A stretch of DNA of 62,551 nucleotides, the filler included, from Stramenopiles sp. TOSAG23-2 (taxonomy: Eukaryota), in assembly GCA_900128395.1 (NCBI GenBank). It is 9 parts of 9 records of this genome, joined end to end, with 100 filler letters (N's around TTAATTAATTAA, not from the genome) between each part and the next. Parts side by side here need not be neighbours in the genome. Positions count along the whole stretch, not along the records: positions 8,529 to 16,954 come from LT650208.1; positions 17,055 to 25,477 come from LT650209.1; 7 more parts are not named here. One strand, given 5' to 3'. The notes beneath the pieces are model-generated. The model was not told where the DNA came from. It did no database searches and worked only from the letters and a program-made list of their open reading frames with translations. Shown in pieces: positions 11,614 to 21,323 of this stretch. Position 1 is the first letter of the stretch, and every line of letters begins with the position of its first letter. Both the position numbers and the translations under genes were made by a program.

Positions 11614-12251
11614 AACGGGGAACAAACTATGTATAATATTAAACAAAGTTATAATATATATAAAAAAATAAAATATCCAAAAATATGATATGTCATACAG
11701 TATGCATATATATATACTCGTATCATATAATTTAGTTTTATATGCATATGTATCCACATATCTATGATATTAGTAATATAGTATGACACATTATATATGC
11801 CATTTTTCTGTCATGCTGGATTCTCTAATCTCTAATATAAATATATATTAATAAACACATAAACACAGCATACACTTTATAATAACTTTTCAATATTCGG
11901 CGGAACACACCATCAGCAGCACACGACGCTCTTCTTCTACTTTTCAAAAATAAATAATAATTAATAATAATAATAATAAATAAGAAGTACGTAAAATACA
12001 AACAACAATACATATACATGTATAATACAACTTCTTTATCAACGAGTTACATATATAGATATATCTATCTATTCAATCGTTGTATCATCTGTATTTCAAG
12101 TTTATTTTTAATACCCTCTTTTTCTATTTATTATATACGCGTATATAGTTATCAATATCAATATCATTATATATATATTGTATATATATAGTTAATAATT
12201 AATTCAGTAATAATATTGTTATTAATAATAAATAATAATAAAACAAAAAAA

Positions 12252-13385
12252 ATGGCACGTAACTTACAACAACAAGAAGCATTTGATCAAATATTAATGC
12301 AATTAGCTGCACAGCATAATGGTATTGAATCGTTATTAAAAACAATATTTTCTTTTTTTCATCGCAAAACGGATTTATATGTGGTTGCAAATAAACAGCA
12401 AAACAATATGGGATTTCCACCTGGTGTTGCTGAGAAATTAGTATTAAGAGCATTTCATGAATTTCAAACGAAAGATATTAGTTCTATTAAATTGAAAGCT
12501 GGACAAGGAAGAAAAATCGATTCAAAGGATCCGCATCTAGTTGAATTGGAACATCCAGATATTGAAGTGAATGAATTAAAACAGCAAAGTCGCAAGGCAA
12601 AGATGGCAAAGGCTAAAAAGAAAAAAGCTATTATTAAAGCTTCCACTACGACGACTACCACTACTCCTAATACGACTGGAAAAATTGATAATAATAAGAA
12701 GGAAACTATTATTACATCATCATTATCATCAACAACTATTAATGATGATGATAACAATAACAACAGCAATAAAAAAACGTCATTATCTAATACAACTGGT
12801 AACGCTAATGATGATGCTGGGCCAAAAATTAAATATACTAAAGAAGGGAAACAAATACCTATTGGAAATGGTGGTATATGTGATAAATACTTTTGGACAC
12901 AGTCGTTGTATGAAACAACTGTCTATATTGATGTACCAGAAGGTACACGTGGGAAAGATATTGATTGTAAAATTACTGCATCAAAATTATCATTGCGTTT
13001 AAAAGGTCAAAAAGAATATTTAATCAACGGTGAATTGGATGCAAAGGTGAAAACAGATAGTATGTGGACTATAGACGATAGGAAAACAGTAGTAATAACT
13101 TTAGACAAATGCGTTGAAACATGGTGGGGAACAGTTATAAAAGGCGATCCTGAAATTGATACACAAAGAGTTGATTCTACGAAAAAAGTATCTGATTACG
13201 ATGACGAAACACAAGGTGCTATACGTAAAATCATGTTTGATCAACATCAAAAACATTTAGGTTTACCAACTAGTGATGAAATGAAATCTAACGCAATATT
13301 AGAAAAAGCTAGATATGCACCTGGAAGTCCATTTTTACCACCAGAAGAACGAAATAAAGGTTTACCCCCACCTGCTGTAGAATAA
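12252..13385 (+). CDS. NUDC: NudC family co-chaperone (NudC N-domain + CS/p23 domain)
   Basis: N-terminal FDQILMQLAAQH..FSFFHRKTD, then GNGG..YFWTQSL CS domain and C-terminal DDETQGAIRKIMFDQHQKHLGLPTSDE. First ATG is at 12252. Confidence 0.9.
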   Translation: MARNLQQQEAFDQILMQLAAQHNGIESLLKTIFSFFHRKTDLYVVANKQQNNMGFPPGVAEKLVLRAFHEFQTKDISSIKLKAGQGRKIDSKDPHLVELEHPDIEVNELKQQSRKAKMAKAKKKKAIIKASTTTTTTTPNTTGKIDNNKKETIITSSLSSTTINDDDNNNNSNKKTSLSNTTGNANDDAGPKIKYTKEGKQIPIGNGGICDKYFWTQSLYETTVYIDVPEGTRGKDIDCKITASKLSLRLKGQKEYLINGELDAKVKTDSMWTIDDRKTVVITLDKCVETWWGTVIKGDPEIDTQRVDSTKKVSDYDDETQGAIRKIMFDQHQKHLGLPTSDEMKSNAILEKARYAPGSPFLPPEERNKGLPPPAVE

Positions 13386-14265
13386 GAAAAGACGTATACA
13401 AGATAAAGAAGAAAAAAGAATTTGATAAAATCGGTAGGTATATATAGGCATATATGCATTAATACATATATATCATCATCTCAAAACTTTGATTTCATCT
13501 ATATATATATTATCAAATCGAATAAGCAACACAACACTTACGATATTTACTTTCTTATTTTTTTTTACTTTTATTACAATAATGTAATATTGTAAAATTG
13601 TTAGATATAAGTTTATATTTCAATAGGATGTTGCAATATTGAATATAATTGTTGTTTCTTTTTTTTTTTGCACAAAATATAGATATATACATATAAGACA
13701 CGAATATTATGTTTTCTGGAACAACTAAGTACTTTAACAACTTTCGAGTTGTTGGATAACGGAATCCAAGATTTAAGTTTGATATTTATGAGGCGAGCAA
13801 CTGTGTTTTTACCTTTCTAACATCTTACTGTTTGTGTTCATGTATGTATCTAGTGCGTATAATTAAAGTTCAACAATTCTAGCCGTTGCGATACGCAAAG
13901 TTGCAAAAGATTACTGCCAATTTTGTCACACGCTCGTCAACATTTGTTTAATTAATTTTTCAACACTTCATACTTCTTTATGATATTTTACACACGGTAT
14001 ATTAAATTATACTTTTTGCTTTTTACTAACAAGATTTTTCATTTATGTATACGCGCTATGTGATATATATATCTATATATACGTGTTTAGCAAAATAAAA
14101 TTGTATGCGTACAATCGGTATGATATGATATTTTGTAAAAATTAAATTTTGGTAAAAAATAATAATTGGTTATTGTGTGTATATTTTAATTATATAAAGA
14201 AAAATTGTTGCCCGAACGTGTTTCTGTACAAATTTTTTTATGTACTGTAATTTAATATATAATAA

Positions 14266-14332
14266 TATATATGATGGTTAAAATCTAAGTTATATATATA
14301 ATAATTTTACACTTCCCGGTGCTAAGTAATAT
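14266..14332 (-). repeat. Partial copy C of dispersed non-coding repeat family
   Basis: Its reverse complement ATATTACTTAGCACCGGGAAGTGTAAAATTATTATATATATAACTTAGATTTTAACCATCAT closely matches 34816-34872 (ATATTACTTAACACGGGAAGTGTAAAATTATTATAACTTTAAGATTTTAAACATCAT). Confidence 0.85.
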
Positions 14333-14843
14333 TATATTATTTTTTAATTTGAAATGTGAAGGTGTATGAGCAGTATGATATGTGTGTGCGTATGATAAAA
14401 AAATTACGAGTATGCCAGTATGGCATAAATAAATTTTAATTTACGCATATATAATTTATTTTTTTTAAATTTTTACTCATCTTGTGATAATTACTACTCG
14501 TACTCTTCAAAAAGAACACCAAATAACTGAAATAATCTATCTCACACTAGTGTGTTGATATTCTCATAATAGAGAATATTCGTACGAAGCGTACCAATGA
14601 AAGGTATAAATACGAGTATATATATATATATACGAACCTTCGTATATTATAATGCATACTCCTATAGAACTGATATTATATCTCATATGAAAAAATAAAA
14701 TATATTAATGTGGCAGCAAAAAAATTACGACGAAATAAAATACACACGCGCACGTAAACTTTTTCTATAAACAAAACGAAAAACTACGCACACAAGACTT
14801 TCGGGATTCGGCGTGTGGTTACATTTTTCTCTTTTTCTCTCCT

Positions 14844-16424
14844 TTACAATCTAGAAAAACCTGGTGTATCTAGTCCAATAAAAACAAGCCCAATCCCTAA
14901 TACTAAATATGTTAAATAACGTTCCCCAAGACCAATTACAGCTGATAATTCCACTAAACTACTAAGTTGAAAAGGACTTCTCCAGAATCCTCCATGCCAA
15001 CTACCTTCTGAAAATATATATAATGGATTTGATAATGCTTTACCATTTGGATATGCAACACTATTTTTATCACATATATCATTTAATAACATTGCTGTCA
15101 TCACATGGTTGCTCGTTTCTGGTTCAAATATTTCTATCGGTGGGAAATATTCAGTTCCTTCATATGCAGCTGCTAATAATGAATTAGACGTCACAGATTT
15201 TGTTGATGAACTGGGTGCAATATTTGTACTGACAGGGACATGATCATCCTCCTTTGCAACAATTGCTCTCCAATGCTGTATACGTTTCGCAATAGCATAA
15301 TTTGGACCTTGTTGTGTCACAAAACATTCAATTATATAATTACCATTTATTGGATTTGGCATTTGCTCTACATTTGATTTACAAAACCGATCAAAACTTA
15401 TGCCATTGGATACCTTTGCAAACATTCCACGATTATTATATGCATTAAATGATGCATCTACAGCGGCTTTTGGCCATAAAAAAGCATCTGTAGGGGAACA
15501 TAAATATGCTAATGATGTCTCGCTTTGAGTACGATGCTTGTATACATATTGACTGATACAATCTTGTGCACATGCAATTTTTACAAATAAACCACCGTCA
15601 ACATATGCATAATTACCTATTGTCATAGGTTGGTTCGGATGTAAATCAACTAACCAATGTGCAATCGAAGGAAATTCACTTATTATATTTGCTCCATATT
15701 TACCTTTTTCACGTTCTGGAAAAAACATTTGTCCTGGTGAATCTTGTGCATATTTAATTAATCTTTCCCAAATTTCTGGACGATTTAAATCAATTGCTAC
15801 TACATTTAATCCTAAATCTAATAAAATTTTAAATGGACCCATAGCCGCACCGGCACCCATAACAACAAATAGGTGATTTTGAAGATTTTCAATATATTCC
15901 AATTCATGATTTAAAAAATTAGTAAAACTTTTACTTGCGGTAGGTTCAATGACACCTAACTTTGTCCATTTTTCAAGCTGTTGTCGTAAATGATCTTTCT
16001 CGAGATATGGTAATTGGAATGTTTCATTTTTATGTTCATATGGTACCTGAAACGTATTACTTTTACGATGACCAATACCTTTGATAACTTTTGTTTTCAA
16101 AACAAGTTTATTTTTTGTACTATCAGTAATTGCATTTTTTAGTGCAACAGAAGAGCCATCTTCTTGTACATATTGCATGGATTCATATACATATTTCAAA
16201 CCATCTCTTGCTACTTGCATACAATTTTCTTTTGATTTTACACCTTCCTCTAATGTTTTCAAAATATGTTGTTGATAGGTTATAGTTCGAAATTGTTTAT
16301 CGTGCAATACATTTGTTGCAGCGGTTGGATTGACTTGCAGTAATGAGTTTGCAATAATATTTTTACCAAATAAAACAGATGATGCTTTATTGGTATTTGG
16401 ATCAATTGGAAATTGTAAATCCAT
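14844..16424 (-). CDS. Uncharacterised Rossmann-like protein with C-terminal hydrophobic segment and -SRL (PTS1-like) end
   Basis: 526-aa ORF with nucleotide-binding-like VVMGAGAAMGP..VVAIDL and conserved-looking GNYAYVDG, QQGPNYAIAKRIQHWRA and SWHGGFWR. Ends in FSRL*. Confidence 0.75.
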   Translation of the reverse strand: MDLQFPIDPNTNKASSVLFGKNIIANSLLQVNPTAATNVLHDKQFRTITYQQHILKTLEEGVKSKENCMQVARDGLKYVYESMQYVQEDGSSVALKNAITDSTKNKLVLKTKVIKGIGHRKSNTFQVPYEHKNETFQLPYLEKDHLRQQLEKWTKLGVIEPTASKSFTNFLNHELEYIENLQNHLFVVMGAGAAMGPFKILLDLGLNVVAIDLNRPEIWERLIKYAQDSPGQMFFPEREKGKYGANIISEFPSIAHWLVDLHPNQPMTIGNYAYVDGGLFVKIACAQDCISQYVYKHRTQSETSLAYLCSPTDAFLWPKAAVDASFNAYNNRGMFAKVSNGISFDRFCKSNVEQMPNPINGNYIIECFVTQQGPNYAIAKRIQHWRAIVAKEDDHVPVSTNIAPSSSTKSVTSNSLLAAAYEGTEYFPPIEIFEPETSNHVMTAMLLNDICDKNSVAYPNGKALSNPLYIFSEGSWHGGFWRSPFQLSSLVELSAVIGLGERYLTYLVLGIGLVFIGLDTPGFSRL

Positions 16425-16762
16425 TGCGTTATATTAATGATTGTTAAATTGGTGCGTATTAATATATGTGCGTGTATATTGTTGTAGTTGTAACAAACAC
16501 TATATATATAAATGATAAAATAATTAAAATCTAAATAAATAATAATAAATAATATATTAATATCTTTCAGTTTAGTGAGATAGATTTGTCTCAGTTATTG
16601 TATTCTTTATGGAGAGTATAGGAATTATCTTGAGTAAATTAAAAAATAAGTTATGCATTAATTATACTAATATATTATTTTTAAATAATATATAATATTA
16701 TTATTATTCTAATAATAACAATACCGATTATTATGATGATGTTGTTATCGAATATGAATATA

Positions 16763-16820
16763 ATATGATATGATATGATGTGATATACATGATATGATAT
16801 GATATGATATGATATGATAT
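16763..16820. repeat. (GATAT)n microsatellite
   Basis: Imperfect then perfect GATAT pentamer run. Shorter GATAT/ATATC runs recur in other 3' intergenic regions (e.g. ~4195-4250, ~46600). Confidence 0.85.
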
Positions 16821-16911
16821 ATTTTCCAAATCTCATTTACATTTTATATCACATTTTTTTGTTTTTGTTTAATATTACGAAGTCGTAAATCACACACCAA
16901 CGCGCTCTCTC

Positions 16912-16953
16912 TCATTCTTCATAACAACGATAATATGTTGTTCCACTAGAGAG
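16912..16953 (-). CDS. Possible 3' end of a gene cut by the contig edge (..LSSGTTYYRCYEE*)
   Basis: Short open frame from the contig edge to TGA, followed by sequence resembling other 3' flanks. Too short to be sure. Confidence 0.3.
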   Translation of the reverse strand, partial: LSSGTTYYRCYEE

Positions 16954-16954
16954 A

Positions 16955-17054
16955 NNNNNNNNNNNNNNNNNNNNNNNNNNNNNNNNNNNNNNNNNNNNTT
17001 AATTAATTAANNNNNNNNNNNNNNNNNNNNNNNNNNNNNNNNNNNNNNNNNNNN
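16955..17054. other. Artificial contig spacer
   Basis: N44-TTAATTAATTAA-N44. Confidence 0.98.
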
Positions 17055-17369
17055 ATTTTTATTATATACATACATATATTTCCTATTATATATATTATTG
17101 CATTATTACATCTTTTTCCATTAGAGTCAAATATATTGAAAAAAGAATACGATCAAACAAAGATATATATATATATTAAGACAAGAAAAATACGAATCAT
17201 TTTATTGATTTAATAATCAAAGAAACATCTTTTGTTATATTGTTGTTTTGTATATATTTGTTTTTCAAATATATAATACAATATTGTTTAAAAGCAAAAT
17301 CTTATTCTACCGTATCGGCGCAAACCATATACACAACATATATCCAACCATTATTGAGAAAACATAAGT

Positions 17370-20300
17370 ATGGGTCGTATATCACGTCTTGAAGTATTTA
17401 ACTTTAAATCTTATGCTGGTAAACAAATCATTGGTCCTTTTAAAGATTTTTCTGCTGTCATAGGTCCAAATGGTGCAGGAAAATCAAACTTAATGGACGC
17501 TATTTCGTTCGTTTTAGGAGTACGTGCCGCGCATTTACGCGGGCACCATTTGCTTGATTTAATACATCGCAGCGCTCCAATTGAAACCGAATCAAATGGG
17601 TTGGTTTCCTCCCCCTCTGGTAAACCAAATACAAAATCAAATACCAACAGTCAAGGTGCTTGGGTTAGTATGGTATATGAACTCGATACGAGCGATGCAA
17701 ACATTCAAGGTTATAATGTTGGCGACGAAGTCCCGTTTAAACGTACAATTCAACCTAATGGCACGTCCGTTTATAGTATTGGAACAGAAAATGTAACGAA
17801 GACTATGTACGATGATACCTTGCTTGAAATTGGCATTGTTGTCAAAGCTCGCAACTCGTTAGTCTTTCAAGGTGATGTTGAATCAATTGCACAGAAAAAA
17901 CCGGAAGAGTTGACAAAATATTTTGAACAAATTAGTGGTTCAGACCGTTTTAAAAGAGAATACGATCAATTGAAAGTATCAAGTAAAAATGCGGAGGAAA
18001 GTGTGTTACATGCTAGTAATATGCGAAAAGGTCTGCGAAATGAGTATAATCAAATGTCATTGCAAAAAGAAGAAGCGCAAAATTTTGAAGCAAAAAAGAA
18101 AAGTTTATCTGATTTACGTTTGCATTACTTTTTGTGGCGTTTATATCATTGTGAACGTGAAATACAAGAACAGCAACAAAATGTCGATATTAGTCTTGAT
18201 GCAATTGATAATGCAATTGAAAAAGAACGAAAAGCGAATAAGGTTGCGAAAGAAAAGAAAAAAGCATATCATAAATTACATTTAGTGGAGCAAAAAAGTG
18301 AAAAAATATTAAACGATGCTAGGACAGAATTAGCAGCAATGGTCCCGCAGGAAATCGAAAAGCAAGAGGAAATGAGACGCGCAACATTGAAAGTTACAAC
18401 TACAAACGAGAAAGTAACAGAACGTCAGAAGCAATTTGAACAACACCAAGAAGATTTGAAAAAAATGACTCAGGACGTGCAAGATTTAACCGATCAACTC
18501 GACCAATTGAACGAGGAGGAACGGAACCGCCCGAAGCATAATGCAATGGAAATTTTACAGCAGCACGCAGACCAATATGAAGCATTAGATGCTGAATATC
18601 GCCAAGCAACTGTAAAAGAAGATCAAGAGTTACAAAGTTTAGAACGTATTTTAGTACAACGTCAAAGTGAAAAAGAAAAATTAGATGCAGAAGAAAAATC
18701 ATTAAATGAAAAATTGAAACGTTTAAAATTTGATGAAAGTGTATTTGATGGTCAATTGGTAAAGCAAAAAGAAAATGAAAACAAATTAAATGTAATATTA
18801 AATACAGTCCAAGCAAAGTTAAATCTATTTCAACAAGAGAGGCAAAATAAGAACAGACGCTTAGCTTCCTTGCAAAAAGATTATGATAAAGTGGAGAAAA
18901 AAGTTGCAAATGCTAAAATTAATTTACGAGAAAGTGCGAAAACGAAACGTATGACAGATATTGTTGAAAGTTTAAAACGTCTATTTCCAGGAGTTCATGG
19001 TCGTATCATCGATTTATGCGAGCCAACGAGGCGTGAATATAGAATGGCAGTTAGCGTTACCATTGGTAGTCACATTGATTCTATTGTTGTAGATACCGCT
19101 GCAATAGCATTGGATTGTATCAAGTATATGCGTGAACAAAGGCTTGGAGTCGCACAATTTATACCATTGGATACGATCGTTGTAAGGCCAATTGCAGAGA
19201 AATGGAGAATGCTACAACAGCCGTACAAACTTTTACTTGATTTATTGAATTTCAGCCCCATTGTTAAAATGGCGATTACTTACGTAGTTGGTGATTGTAT
19301 ATATTGTAATACCTACGACGAGGCGCATCGATTGCGTTATGTTATGAACCATACTGTCAAAGTTGTCACTTCAAATGGTGAAATTATCCACAGAAATGCA
19401 AATATGACTGGTGGTATCGATGAAACAACAACGGATCGTGCAAAACGTTGGGAAGAGAAAGAATTAAACGAAGTATTGCAAAAACGTGAAGATATTAAAA
19501 AAGAATTGCAAGTAATTCAACGCGAAGTTAATAGTGGCCGTTTGAAATTGCCTGGTGCGTTATTACCAGAGACAGAGGAAGAAATCATGATGAAAATTAA
19601 AACCGTTGAAACAAAAATGGAAACAAGTCAACAGGAACGAAAAGAAACGGAAGCAAAAATCAAAAAGAATAATACTCAAATAAATCTATGTGAAAAAGGT
19701 TTAGGAGAGTTAAAACCGAAAATTGAAGCAATTAAAGAACAAGTTACAATTGCAAGTGCTAATGTCCATGAGGTAAAAGAAAAAATGCGTGAAATTGAAA
19801 AAAATATATATTCTGAATTAAGTGCAATTGTTGGAGTTGAAAATATTCGTAGATTACGTAATGAATTATACCAACACGCGCAAGAAGTTGATGCGAAACG
19901 TCAAACACTAGGAAAAAGAATTGCAAATTTAAACCAAGAATTGGAGCTGCGAGGCAAGCGTGATATGTTAATGCCATTGACGCAGGCACAAATGGAGAAA
20001 CGAGAGGCGGAGAAAAAAGAAAAGACCGTTCAAAATGAAGTCAATCAACTGTCTCAAAAAATGAGTGCTATTCGTGGAAAATTAAGTGAGTTAGAAAAGA
20101 AAAACAAAGCAGATAAAGAAAAAGAATTTTTCGCTGATGCTGAAGCAAAACAAGCAATCAAAGAGAAATCGAAACATAACTTACGAATCAAAGATTTGCA
20201 AAGGCAATTGTCAAACCAAGAAATTATATTGGAGCAGCACAAAGCGCGCAAAGGACGTGTTGAGCAAATTGCTGCTTTGGAGCAAGTTGCATTGCCTGTA

Positions 20301-21209
20301 TTATCGAAAAAGAAATCAAGCGAAAAAAGTGATGATGAAGATTCTTCCTCTGATGATGATGATTCTAGTAGCTCAGATGATGAGATGGATGGCAGCAGTG
20401 GCAAGAAAAAGAAAAAATTCAAAGCAAAAGATAAAAGAATTATTGATTTCAGACAATTAAGCAAAAAAGATCGAAAAGTTGTCTCTCCTGAAGATATGAA
20501 AGTCAAGAAAAGGGAGTTTAAACGAAATATCGAGGAATTAAAGCAATGGATTGAAAAAACGCAACCGAATATGAGGGCGCTTGAACAGCTGAAAGATACG
20601 GAGAAAAAGATGAAAGAAGCAAATGAAGAGTTGAATCAAGCTAAAGTAAGAAGTAGGGCAGTAGCGGCTAAATTTGAAACGGTGAAGAAACAACGCAAAG
20701 ATGCATTCATGAACATGTTCCAGCGTGTAAGTGCGGTGATTGATAATGTCTACAAAGATTTGACGAAAAGCACAACGCACCCAACTGGTGGATCAGCGAC
20801 ATTATTTACTGAAAATGATTCCGAACCATATGATGGTGGTATTAAATACACTGCACAACCTCCATCAAAACGCTTTCGGGATATGGATCAATTATCTGGT
20901 GGTGAAAAAACTGTTGCTGCTTTAGCATTACTATTTGCAATTTACGAATATCGACCTTCTCCATTTTTTGTTATGGATGAAATCGATGCGGCGTTGGATA
21001 ATGTCAATGTTAACAAGGTCTCTTCTTATTTGCGAAATAAAGTGAATCAGCCCGATACAAATTTTCAACTAATCGTTATCAGTTTGAAACATACATTTTA
21101 TGGCAAAGCTGATGGTCTTGTTGGAATATTTCGTGAAAAGGATGAGTCAAACACAGTAACGTTTGATATTACTAACTTTCCAAAAGATGCTGGTAATCTT
21201 CCAGCTTAA
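17370..21209 (+). CDS. SMC1: Structural maintenance of chromosomes protein 1 (cohesin subunit)
   Basis: NFKSY, Walker A GPNGAGKSNLMDAISFVLG, LVFQGDVESIA, hinge LKRLFPGVHGRIIDLC, signature KRFRDMDQLSGGEKTVAALALLFAI, and Walker B/D-loop FFVMDEIDAALDN. Confidence 0.97.
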   Translation: MGRISRLEVFNFKSYAGKQIIGPFKDFSAVIGPNGAGKSNLMDAISFVLGVRAAHLRGHHLLDLIHRSAPIETESNGLVSSPSGKPNTKSNTNSQGAWVSMVYELDTSDANIQGYNVGDEVPFKRTIQPNGTSVYSIGTENVTKTMYDDTLLEIGIVVKARNSLVFQGDVESIAQKKPEELTKYFEQISGSDRFKREYDQLKVSSKNAEESVLHASNMRKGLRNEYNQMSLQKEEAQNFEAKKKSLSDLRLHYFLWRLYHCEREIQEQQQNVDISLDAIDNAIEKERKANKVAKEKKKAYHKLHLVEQKSEKILNDARTELAAMVPQEIEKQEEMRRATLKVTTTNEKVTERQKQFEQHQEDLKKMTQDVQDLTDQLDQLNEEERNRPKHNAMEILQQHADQYEALDAEYRQATVKEDQELQSLERILVQRQSEKEKLDAEEKSLNEKLKRLKFDESVFDGQLVKQKENENKLNVILNTVQAKLNLFQQERQNKNRRLASLQKDYDKVEKKVANAKINLRESAKTKRMTDIVESLKRLFPGVHGRIIDLCEPTRREYRMAVSVTIGSHIDSIVVDTAAIALDCIKYMREQRLGVAQFIPLDTIVVRPIAEKWRMLQQPYKLLLDLLNFSPIVKMAITYVVGDCIYCNTYDEAHRLRYVMNHTVKVVTSNGEIIHRNANMTGGIDETTTDRAKRWEEKELNEVLQKREDIKKELQVIQREVNSGRLKLPGALLPETEEEIMMKIKTVETKMETSQQERKETEAKIKKNNTQINLCEKGLGELKPKIEAIKEQVTIASANVHEVKEKMREIEKNIYSELSAIVGVENIRRLRNELYQHAQEVDAKRQTLGKRIANLNQELELRGKRDMLMPLTQAQMEKREAEKKEKTVQNEVNQLSQKMSAIRGKLSELEKKNKADKEKEFFADAEAKQAIKEKSKHNLRIKDLQRQLSNQEIILEQHKARKGRVEQIAALEQVALPVLSKKKSSEKSDDEDSSSDDDDSSSSDDEMDGSSGKKKKKFKAKDKRIIDFRQLSKKDRKVVSPEDMKVKKREFKRNIEELKQWIEKTQPNMRALEQLKDTEKKMKEANEELNQAKVRSRAVAAKFETVKKQRKDAFMNMFQRVSAVIDNVYKDLTKSTTHPTGGSATLFTENDSEPYDGGIKYTAQPPSKRFRDMDQLSGGEKTVAALALLFAIYEYRPSPFFVMDEIDAALDNVNVNKVSSYLRNKVNQPDTNFQLIVISLKHTFYGKADGLVGIFREKDESNTVTFDITNFPKDAGNLPA

Positions 21210-21323
21210 AATAACAAGAAACAAAGAGAGAGAGAGAGAAAGCAAAGGCATATGATATATATATATATATATATATATCATATGCCTTTGCTTTCTCTCT
21301 CTCTCTCTTTGTTTCTTGTTATT

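Noticed and set aside
13700..13960. GC-richer, coding-like patch between NudC and the next gene
   Set aside because: The plus-strand frames I read contain stops and nothing is recognisable. It may be a relic, but I cannot support that without a search.
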